DNA from: an uncultured cyanobacterium
GTDB taxonomy: Bacteria > Cyanobacteriota > Cyanobacteriia > PCC-9006 > JAAUQQ01
NCBI GenBank assembly: GCA_963718615.1
Contig: OY970368.1
Location: 5,024,001 to 5,088,000, forward strand
Length of the DNA: 64,000 nucleotides
Reading direction: 5' to 3'
Shown here: positions 45,349 to 53,025 of the stretch, piece by piece
Position numbering within the stretch: position 1 is the first letter of the stretch
How the letters are laid out: each line of letters begins with the position of its first letter
Made by a program: the position numbers and the translations under genes
Notes under the pieces: generated by a model
Told to the model about the DNA's origin: nothing
The model's database searches: none
The model's input: the letters and a program-made list of their open reading frames with translations, nothing else

Positions 45349-48300
45349 GCGCTAATGCCTCCAGTGAGAATAAAGCCGGCCCAGTAGAAGGGATCCATGT
45401 AGGGCTGGGGTGCTGTTGTCATTTTACCCGGATTCTTTGCCCAGTCCTCTTCAAGCAGGATTTGTTCGGCTTCGAGTTCCTTGCGCCAGTGATAGCCCAA
45501 GTTGCCTCTATTTTTCAAGTCTGAAATCCAGGCAATCAGGGCTGGGTACTCAATTTCTCGGAGCCATTGTTGGGCTTGGTGAAGGGCGGTTCCAGGACTG
45601 CTGCCCTCCAAGAGAATCTGATAAAACCGGATCACAAGCCAGGTGCTGGCGATTTCGTCCACTTGCCAGAGGGTGCTGAGGACGTTGGCGGCTCCGGCTT
45701 TGAGGAAGGCGCTGGTGAGGCCGACGTATTCTTGGTCGAGGGTTTGGTTGCCGCTGAGGGCGGTTTCGCAGGCGGCGATCGCGGCCAGACAGTAGGGTTT
45801 GAGGTTGAGTTGGGCGATCGCCCGAGCATCCATCAAGCCATCGCTAAGCTGAAGGGCGGATTGCTCGGGCTGGCGGTAGTTGTGGGTGCCGTGGCCGGTG
45901 AAGTGGAAGAAGCCCTGATGGGTTTGGAGAGCTGCGGTGATGGCGGTTTGGGTCACGTCATCGGCGTCGAGGGTGGGGCCGTTGGGCAGGAGGGCTCGGA
46001 GGATGGCGGCTTCGAGGGCGGAGTAGAGCAGCGGCGGTTGGCTCAAGTCGGGGTCTTGGACGATGGGGTCTTTGATGCAGAGGAGGGCGGGGTCGTTCGG
46101 CAGGGGCTGCGCTTGGGCTTGGAGGCTGAGGCCGGTTTGGAGGCTGGGCAGGTAGGTGCAGCGGTATTGGTCGTCGAAGCATGCGTGCAGCGGGAAGCAG
46201 TGGAGGTCGCGGTGGGGGATGAGGATGAGGTGGTCGATGTTTTGGCCAGTTCCCTGGCCAGCTCCCTGAAGATATTGGGTTTCGATTTCGGGGAGGCCGA
46301 GGAGGTCGCGAAGCTCTTGGATTTGGGCACTGAGGCCGGTGCGCCAGGGGTGGGTTTTGCGTTCTGTGGCGGTGATGTCTTTGCCTTTGGCGCGGTAGTC
46401 GCGGTAGTGGGCATCCCAGGTTTTGCGCCAGGTGTTGAAGCAGTGCTGGCGGTGGCGCAGGGCGGCGGGGTCGGGGTCGAGCAGGATGGGGTCGGGGTGG
46501 TGGGGTAGGAGCAGGAAGGTTGTTAAGGCATCTGTGCTTAGGTGCCAATACACCACTGCGGCATGGCCTGGTTTGGGCGGGGACGAACGCGGTTCGTCCG
46601 TACGGTGGTGGGTTGGATTGGCAATTAATTGCCGTAGGGTGGCGTGGCTGGGGCTGGTGATGGTTTCTTGCCAGTGGTCGAGGATCCAGGTGAGGCGGCG
46701 GTTTTTATAGAATTCGGCGGTTTCGAGGGCGGCGATGGGTTGGCCCTCGGCGATGAGGCTATCGACAGCGATGTGGCTGAGGCCGCTGAATTGGGTTTCG
46801 AGGCGTTGTTTGGCTTGGGTTGTGGGGGCTTGGTTGAGGAGGGTTTGGAAGAGGCGGAGGGCTTCGATGCGGTATGCCGTGGCATTGGTGGGTTGGTGGA
46901 GGGTGAGGCAGAGGCGGATGAGGCTTTGTAGGACTTCGAGGCGGAGGGGGAGGATTTTGGGGGTGTCTGGGTGATTTTTGGGGAGGGTTTCGGGGGTGAG
47001 GAGGGTGAGGGCGGTTTGGTAGGCGGTGAGGGCTTGGTGCCAGCACTGGCGGGCTTGGGTGGGGTTTCGTTCGTTATCGGCGTGGTGGTTGCCCTGAAGG
47101 CGGTGGGTTTCGCCGAGTTGGTGTTGCAAGTAGCCGTGGCCGAGGGGATGGGTGGGGGCGGGGCATTGGCGCAGGCCCTCCTGCAGGCTGGCGAGTTGGC
47201 CGGGGTAGCCGCGTTTGTTCAGGTGAGGATTGTTGAAGCGGAGGGCGGCGGGGGTGTGGGGATGGGCTACGCTGGGGGTGGGGGCGGCGAAGGTGGTTGT
47301 ACCTACGCTATACGTAGAGCTTTTGGCAGCGATGCCCCGGTTGGTCCAGGCTTCGTGAAAGTCCGGTTTGATTTCGAGGGCTTTGTCGGAGCTGGCGATT
47401 GCTTCCTCATATCGACCTAAATGATCACATAGGGTTGCTCCCCGGTTGCCCCAGGCTTCGTGCAAGTCCGGTTTGATTTCGAGAGCTTTGTCGTAGCTGG
47501 CGAGCGCTTCCTCATACCGGCCTAAGTTATCGAGTGAATTGCCCCGGTTGGTCCAGGCTTCGTGAAAGTCCGGTTTGATTTCGAGGGCTTTGTCGGAGCT
47601 GGCGAGCGCTTCCTCATACCGGCCTAGGTTTCCGAGTGAAACGCCCCGGTTGTACCAGGCTTCGTGAGAGTCCGGTTTGATTTCGAGGGCTTTGTCGGAG
47701 CTGGCGAGCGCTTCCTCATACCGGCCTAAGTTATTGAGTGAATTGCCCCGGTTGGTCCAGGCTTCGTGAAAGTCCGGTTTGATTTCGAGGGCTTTGTCGT
47801 AGCTGGCAATCGCCTCCTCATCGCGGCCTAAGTTAGCGAGTGAATTGCCCCGGTTGGTCCAGGCTTCGTGATCGTCCGGTTTGATTTCGAGGGCTTTGTC
47901 GGAGCTGGCGAGCGCTTCCTCATACCGGCCTAGGTTTCCGAGTGAAACGCCCCGGTTGTACCAGGCTTCGTGAGAGTCCGGTTTGATTTCGAGGGCTTTG
48001 TCGGAGCTGGCGAGCGCTTCCTCATACCGGCCTAAGTTATTGAGTGAATTGCCCCGGTTGGTCCAGGCTTCGTGCAAGTCCGGTTTGATTTCGAGGGCTT
48101 TGTCGTAGCTGGCGATCGCTTCCTCATACCGGCCTAAGCTTCCGAGTGAAATGCCCCGGTTGGTCCAGGCTTTGTGGTCGTCGGGTTTGAGTTTGAGGGC
48201 TTTGTCGTAGCTGGCGATCGCTTCCTCATACCGGCCTAGGTTTCCGAGTGAAACGCCCCGGTTGTACCAGGCTTTGTGAAAGTCCGGTTTGATTTCGAGA

Positions 48301-49202
48301 GCTTTGTCGTAGCTGGCGAGCGCTTCCTCATACCGGCCTAGGTTTCCGAGTGAAACGCCCCGGTTGTACCAGGCTTCGTGAGAGTCCGGTTTGATTTCGA
48401 GAGCTTTGTCGTAGCTGGCGAGCGCTTCCTCATACCGGCCTAGGTTTCCGAGTGAAACGCCCCGGTTGTACCAGGCTTCGTGAGAGTCCGGTTTGATTTC
48501 GAGAGCTTGGTCGGAGCTGGCGAGCGCTTCCTCATACCGGCCTAAGTTATCGAGTGAATTGCCCCGGTTGGTCCAGGCTTCGTGAAAGTCCGGTTTGATT
48601 TCGAGGGCTTTGTCGGAGCTGGCGAGCGCTTCCTCATACCGGCCTAAGTTAGCGAGTGAATTGCCCCGGTTGGTCCAGGCTTCGTGATAGTCCGGTTTGA
48701 CTTCGAGAGCTTTGTCGTAGCTGGCGATCGCTTCCTCATACCGGCCTAAGTTGAAGAGTGAAAGGCCCCGGTTGTACCAGGCTTTGTGGTCGTCCGGTTT
48801 GATTTCGAGGGTTTTGTCGTAGCTGGCGATCGCTTCCCCATAACAACCCTGCCCAAAAAGCGCATTGCCTTTCCCTAACCACCGCTCCGCCGTATCCAAG
48901 ACGCCAGTCAACTCAGCTTCCCGCTGTTGCACCTGCCGCTCCAAAACCTCCATCCGCCGCACCGCCACCAACCCCGTATCTACCCCAAACGACTCCGCCG
49001 TCTTTAGGGTCTCCAACGCCTCTTCATACTTCTCCTCCTGAGCCTGCTGCCAAGCCAACCGCAACCAAAAATCCTCATCACTCGGCCCCTCCACCGAAGA
49101 ATCAGACAAAGGCTTCTGTAGCCCGCTCTCTGACCACTCTGGGCTCTCAGCCTCCGGCACCGCCTCAACCCGCTGCTCCCGCTTCCCAAACGGCCACACC
49201 AT
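45345..49202 (-). CDS. TPR-repeat CHAT-domain protease
   Basis: About 15 TPRs. CHAT motifs LILIPHRDLH, HFTGHG, AACET, STLWQV, AL-x2-AQ-x-WLR, PFYWAGF. ATG at 49202 supported by the duplicated copy. Confidence 0.93.
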   Translation of the reverse strand: MVWPFGKREQRVEAVPEAESPEWSESGLQKPLSDSSVEGPSDEDFWLRLAWQQAQEEKYEEALETLKTAESFGVDTGLVAVRRMEVLERQVQQREAELTGVLDTAERWLGKGNALFGQGCYGEAIASYDKTLEIKPDDHKAWYNRGLSLFNLGRYEEAIASYDKALEVKPDYHEAWTNRGNSLANLGRYEEALASSDKALEIKPDFHEAWTNRGNSLDNLGRYEEALASSDQALEIKPDSHEAWYNRGVSLGNLGRYEEALASYDKALEIKPDSHEAWYNRGVSLGNLGRYEEALASYDKALEIKPDFHKAWYNRGVSLGNLGRYEEAIASYDKALKLKPDDHKAWTNRGISLGSLGRYEEAIASYDKALEIKPDLHEAWTNRGNSLNNLGRYEEALASSDKALEIKPDSHEAWYNRGVSLGNLGRYEEALASSDKALEIKPDDHEAWTNRGNSLANLGRDEEAIASYDKALEIKPDFHEAWTNRGNSLNNLGRYEEALASSDKALEIKPDSHEAWYNRGVSLGNLGRYEEALASSDKALEIKPDFHEAWTNRGNSLDNLGRYEEALASYDKALEIKPDLHEAWGNRGATLCDHLGRYEEAIASSDKALEIKPDFHEAWTNRGIAAKSSTYSVGTTTFAAPTPSVAHPHTPAALRFNNPHLNKRGYPGQLASLQEGLRQCPAPTHPLGHGYLQHQLGETHRLQGNHHADNERNPTQARQCWHQALTAYQTALTLLTPETLPKNHPDTPKILPLRLEVLQSLIRLCLTLHQPTNATAYRIEALRLFQTLLNQAPTTQAKQRLETQFSGLSHIAVDSLIAEGQPIAALETAEFYKNRRLTWILDHWQETITSPSHATLRQLIANPTHHRTDEPRSSPPKPGHAAVVYWHLSTDALTTFLLLPHHPDPILLDPDPAALRHRQHCFNTWRKTWDAHYRDYRAKGKDITATERKTHPWRTGLSAQIQELRDLLGLPEIETQYLQGAGQGTGQNIDHLILIPHRDLHCFPLHACFDDQYRCTYLPSLQTGLSLQAQAQPLPNDPALLCIKDPIVQDPDLSQPPLLYSALEAAILRALLPNGPTLDADDVTQTAITAALQTHQGFFHFTGHGTHNYRQPEQSALQLSDGLMDARAIAQLNLKPYCLAAIAACETALSGNQTLDQEYVGLTSAFLKAGAANVLSTLWQVDEIASTWLVIRFYQILLEGSSPGTALHQAQQWLREIEYPALIAWISDLKNRGNLGYHWRKELEAEQILLEEDWAKNPGKMTTAPQPYMDPFYWAGFILTGGISA
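47330..48890 (-). repeat. Near-identical 102-bp tandem repeats encoding TPRs
   Basis: About 15 copies of HEAWxNRGxSLxNLGRYEEAxASxDKALEIKPDx. Confidence 0.92.
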
Positions 49203-49289
49203 CGCCCCATCTCCCACCAATACCTCCCCGCATTCTCCCAGAGATACCCCAGCCCGTCCGCGTATTTTTAATAACCTTCAAGAAACCCA
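49161..49289. repeat. Copy 1 of the duplicated CHAT-gene leader and 5' end
   Basis: Matches 49817-49945. Confidence 0.85.
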
Positions 49290-49452
49290 AATATTTCTCC
49301 AACCCAAGCCCCGGCCCAGATACCAAGCTAAACACCAGGTATTTATCTCAAATACCCGCCTCACCTTCCAGAATCAGAAAACACCCGGTGTCTGCGGTAG
49401 TCTAGTGAGTCGGTTATGAACCATAACAGGGCGTGGGTGTCGAGAAGTACTT

Positions 49453-49695
49453 TCATTCCATGTACTCCCGAAAATCGTCGAGCGGGGCATTAAAGTCGGG
49501 GAGGATGCGGATGAGTCCTCGGGCAGAACCAGGTATGCGACGCTCTTGCGAGGCGGGTTTTAGTTCATGTCCGATCGCGTCGGTTGGTTGGGGGGCTTGG
49601 ATGTTGAGGAGGAAATCAATAAAGTCAAGGACGAGTTTGGCGAGGGGATCGGGGAGTTGGCGGAGTTTGGCGATCGCGGTTTCGTGGGTGTTCAT
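49453..49695 (-). CDS. DUF2281-type antitoxin-like protein
   Basis: LP-x5-VLDFIDFL...R-x-PGSARG-x-I-x-I-x-PDFNAPL. Confidence 0.8.
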   Translation of the reverse strand: MNTHETAIAKLRQLPDPLAKLVLDFIDFLLNIQAPQPTDAIGHELKPASQERRIPGSARGLIRILPDFNAPLDDFREYME

Positions 49696-49816
49696 CGGTC
49701 TGTATGGATTGAGTTTGGAGTGCTCTCTATTTTAGCGTTTGTCCCTCAGGCCCAGAAGCACCCATTCTGTGTTGTCCAGGCATCTCGTCGTCCGTTTTCA
49801 ACTCCCGCTACGCCCC

Positions 49817-49945
49817 CGCCTCAACTCGCTCCGCCCGCTTCCCAAACGGCCAAACCATCGCCCCAGCTCCCGCAAAAACCTCCCCGCATTCTCCCAGAGA
49901 TTCCCCAGCCCATCCGCGTATTTTCAATAACCTTCAACAAACCCC
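49817..49945. repeat. Copy 2 of the CHAT-gene leader with a truncated start
   Basis: Encodes MVWPFGKRAERVEAGA* vs MVWPFGKREQRVEAV. Confidence 0.85.
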
Positions 49946-50124
49946 AAGCATCCCACCCGCATCCGCATCCGCCCAAAGCAAGACCCCAGAAGGTTCACCC
50001 AACCACTTTGGAACCTACCCCAGCCTCCGCAAACCCCTGGGGTCTGTCCACCCCAGCCCCCGCAAACCCCCGAGGTCTGAACTAATGCTAGCCTTAGCTC
50101 AATACCCTTTTCATCTCCCAGACC

Positions 50125-50385
50125 ATGACCGCCAAAGACCGACTCCTCCAAGAACTTGACCAAACCCCAGACTTCCTCATCGAAGAAGTCCTTCACTTTC
50201 TTCTCTTCCTCAAAAACCGCCTCTTCAACCGCCCCCCACAACCCAACACGCCTAAAGAAGACAGCCTCCTCAATTGGGTCGATCGCTTAACCACCCAAGT
50301 CCCAGAAGCCGCTTGGCAACAAGTCCCCACCGACCTCGCCCAAAACCTCGATCACTATCTCTACGGCTCCCCCAAAGAATCGTGA
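50125..50385 (+). CDS. DUF2281-like antitoxin
   Basis: EEVLHFLLFLK...VPTDLAQNLDHYLYG. GTGA overlap with the PIN relic. Confidence 0.8.
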   Translation: MTAKDRLLQELDQTPDFLIEEVLHFLLFLKNRLFNRPPQPNTPKEDSLLNWVDRLTTQVPEAAWQQVPTDLAQNLDHYLYGSPKES

Positions 50386-50608
50386 AAACTTTGTCACACA
50401 AGCGATTACTCGTTCAGACATAGAAGTCATCGCAAAGTCTTCGGAGTTGTTTCAGCAGTCTTTGTTCCTCTACACACAACGGCCAGATCAAGACTGGAGT
50501 CAAACCGACTGCGCCTCATTTGTACTGATGCAACAAAACAGCATTACAGAAGCACTGGCCTACGACAAACATTTCGAGCAGGCTGGATTTATTGCCCTTT
50601 TACGCTAA
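50382..50608 (+). pseudogene. VapC/PIN toxin with N-terminal internal deletion
   Basis: GTG start is out of frame with WSQTDCASF-x-LM...ALAYDKHFEQAGF. Confidence 0.8.
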
Positions 50609-50621
50609 AGAAGCAAACGCA

Positions 50622-50870
50622 TCAGCCCTCGAACAAACTCAGAATTTCATCAGGTAGAGGTGCATCAAAATCATCCGGTACGACAAACTCACCCGCACAT
50701 AGACCAAAAGGCCGAGAAGTCGCTTCAGGCGCTGCCGTCCGCACTTCACCTGTTTCCACCCGAAACGACCAGATCCCTCGCCTTAAGAGAGCAAAAATCT
50801 TCAAAAGAATCTCGACCATTCCCTCGGGAGCTTGTAACAGTTCTTGGATCAGTTGCTCTCGTGGTGTCAT
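50622..50870 (-). CDS. DUF2281-type antitoxin-like protein
   Basis: RPFGLCAGEFVVPDDFDAPLPDEIL. Confidence 0.8.
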   Translation of the reverse strand: MTPREQLIQELLQAPEGMVEILLKIFALLRRGIWSFRVETGEVRTAAPEATSRPFGLCAGEFVVPDDFDAPLPDEILSLFEG

Positions 50871-50967
50871 GGGCCTAGACGGTCAATCCTGTTTGTTAGG
50901 CTAGCATCCATCACCGGAACAGCGCTAGAACTTTGGGCAAGAAACACCCGTTGTTTAAGAGAGGAGA

Positions 50968-51354
50968 CTATCTTTTTCGACTATCCCAACCCCGAAAAGC
51001 CGCAAATTTAGCCAAAACGTTCAGAATTCGCCGAAAGAAAGACAGCCAGACCGGAACATCCGCCACCGCCGCTTGTGACATTGCCACCGCATGAGCCGTC
51101 GAATCTGATGGAGCGATTACTTCACAAGCTTTCGGAGAAATCGCCCCCACCGGCACCGTCACCACATACTGCTCCCGCACCAAAGACTGCGACAGCTCCA
51201 GCACCGCCCCCAGCTCCCCTCCGCCGGGGTGCTCCAGGTAGTCAATGAGGATGGCGCGATTGCTTCGCAAGCTTTCGGAGAAATCGCCCACCTTCAGATC
51301 AGCATCAGGTACAGAGCGAATCAGTTCAACCTCTTCATAAAGCTCAGACTTCAT
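50968..51354 (-). CDS. DUF4926-like protein carrying two 8-aa insertions
   Basis: LYEEV-x-L...LKVGD...IDY...G-x-VLE. Insertions lie at HIP1 sites. Confidence 0.65.
   Translation of the reverse strand: MKSELYEEVELIRSVPDADLKVGDFSESLRSNRAILIDYLEHPGGGELGAVLELSQSLVREQYVVTVPVGAISPKACEVIAPSDSTAHAVAMSQAAVADVPVWLSFFRRILNVLAKFAAFRGWDSRKR
51113..51144. mobile_element. 24-nt mini-element inserted in a HIP1 site (copy A)
   Basis: GCGAT[TACTTCACAAGCTTTCGGAGAAAT]CGC. Confidence 0.75.
51256..51287. mobile_element. 24-nt mini-element inserted in a HIP1 site (copy B)
   Basis: GCGAT[TGCTTCGCAAGCTTTCGGAGAAAT]CGC. Confidence 0.75.
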
Positions 51355-51561
51355 TGCTCAGCCTCCTATCGATGAGGATACATTGATTCAGCTTGGCTGG
51401 AGGAATGATGGCATCTGGAGGGATTCTCATGCTTGCTCAACAGTACCGCATCGCATCTATGTTACTGCTCTCGCGGAGCTATTTCCTGAGCCCGTTGCCA
51501 AGCCAACCGCAACTAAAAATCCCTATCACCCGCTCCATCCACCGAAGCCGCTACGGATTCC

Positions 51562-51605
51562 TCCCCAGCCCAGCCGCGAATTTTCAATAACCTTCAACAA
51601 ACCCA
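51562..51605. repeat. Copy 3 (partial) of the CHAT-gene leader
   Basis: ccccagccc..ccgcg.attttcaataaccttcaacaaaccc. Confidence 0.75.
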
Positions 51606-51806
51606 GACATCTCGCCTGCCCAGGCACCCACTAAGACACTCTGCGTAGTGCTAACTTCCCTTCTCTCCCAAGCCTGAAAAAGCTGAAAATTTGCCAAAAA
51701 CCCAGACTCCATCACCGACGAAGCGCTCGAAGCACTAGAAATTAATCGGGTGCGCGCTAACGAGATATTGGGGCTATAGAGCATGGAGCCCAGCGTTTGA
51801 ACCCGT

Positions 51807-53012
51807 CTAAAGATAGTTCATCGGATCCACCGGCTCCCCATCCTTGCGCACCTCAAAATGTAAATGCGGCCCCGTTGACAACCCCGTCGACCCCGTCAGC
51901 GCAATAACCTGCCCCGCCTGAACCTCCTGCCCCTCCTGCACCAGCAACTCATTATTGTGGGCATAGAGACTGGTCATGCCATCGCCATGGTCAAGGATTA
52001 TTGCGTTCCCATAGCCCCCATACCAATCCCCATAGATCACCACCCCGGCTGCCGTCGCACCCACGGGCGTACCGTAATCCACCGCAAAGTCGATGCCGCC
52101 GTGAAACCGCTCGGTGCTCAGGACCGGGTGAATTCGCCAGCCAAAGGGGCTGCTAATGGGAGCATTGATGGGATAGCGGAAGGGACCTTTGCCATAAAAT
52201 CCAGGGGTATTGCGTCGCGCTGCGAGCTTTTGCTGAATCAACTGGGTAATACCTTCCGAGTCTCGCTGGAGCTGGGTTTGGGCCGCTTCTAGGGCATCGC
52301 GGTTTTCCTTCAGCCGTTGTATGAGCATTTGCTGTTGCTGATTCCGCTGCTCCAGGGTTGCCTTTTGCAGAAGCTGTTTTTGCCGCAGCAGGGCAATGCC
52401 GTTTTTTTGTTCTTCAATTTGTTCTCGCTGCTGGGTAAGCTGCTTGGCTTGGGTTTTGAGTTGGGTGAGGCGATCGCGATCACCCTCATACAACTTCTTC
52501 AAATAATACCGCCGCTGCAAAAACTCACTCACCGACTCACTTTGCAACAACACCGCCCAACCCTGAAGCTGCTGCTGTCGTTGCAACACCTGCAACCGAG
52601 CCACCGTTGCACCGCGCTGATTTTGATAGGTTTGCTGCGATCGCGCCAGATCTGTCTCTAATCCTTGCAGATAGCGCTCCGCCAAGTCCAAGCGGTACTG
52701 GCTATCCTGCAAGGCCCCTTCCGTTTGCACCAACGTCTGCTGAAGGTTCGTCAAATCCCCCTGCGCCTGTTGCTCTGCCCGCTTGATACGCTCCGTTGCC
52801 TGCTCAACCGCCTCCTGACGTTGTTCGATTTGTTGCTGCTGCTGTTCGAGCTGCTGGATTTCGTCTTGGGCGATCGCCGAAGGAGGCATGACCATGTTGA
52901 TCCAAAGCATCAAACCGAGAAACCCAACGAGAATATACGCGAAAACATTAGCGATCGCCCTCATCCAGATTCTCCGATCTAGCCACTGAGGTTGAGTTCC
53001 ACAGCGTTTCAT
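51807..53012 (-). CDS. Coiled-coil M23 peptidase (EnvC-like murein hydrolase family)
   Basis: HGGID, YGN, YAH, STGPHLHFE. Start may be at 52964. Confidence 0.92.
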   Translation of the reverse strand: MKRCGTQPQWLDRRIWMRAIANVFAYILVGFLGLMLWINMVMPPSAIAQDEIQQLEQQQQQIEQRQEAVEQATERIKRAEQQAQGDLTNLQQTLVQTEGALQDSQYRLDLAERYLQGLETDLARSQQTYQNQRGATVARLQVLQRQQQLQGWAVLLQSESVSEFLQRRYYLKKLYEGDRDRLTQLKTQAKQLTQQREQIEEQKNGIALLRQKQLLQKATLEQRNQQQQMLIQRLKENRDALEAAQTQLQRDSEGITQLIQQKLAARRNTPGFYGKGPFRYPINAPISSPFGWRIHPVLSTERFHGGIDFAVDYGTPVGATAAGVVIYGDWYGGYGNAIILDHGDGMTSLYAHNNELLVQEGQEVQAGQVIALTGSTGLSTGPHLHFEVRKDGEPVDPMNYL

Positions 53013-53025
53013 TCCTTTGCCTGCG

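Noticed and set aside
45567-47420. Long alternative-frame ORFs over the CHAT gene (and similar shadows over other genes)
   Set aside because: Low-complexity products of skewed codon usage overlapping well-supported genes.
47330-48890. Regular repeats as a CRISPR array or DGR target
   Set aside because: The units are contiguous, coding and 102 bp long with no unique spacers. No cas genes, reverse transcriptase or template repeat occur in the window.
50403-50434. GCGAT-N24-CGC as a third HIP1 insertion
   Set aside because: The sequence is unrelated to the two elements and encodes ordinary PIN-domain residues (AITRSDIEVIA).
51584-51784. 66-aa ORF ending GFVEGY as a real gene
   Set aside because: No recognisable motif and its end is just the repeat core. 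It cannot be supported from sequence alone.
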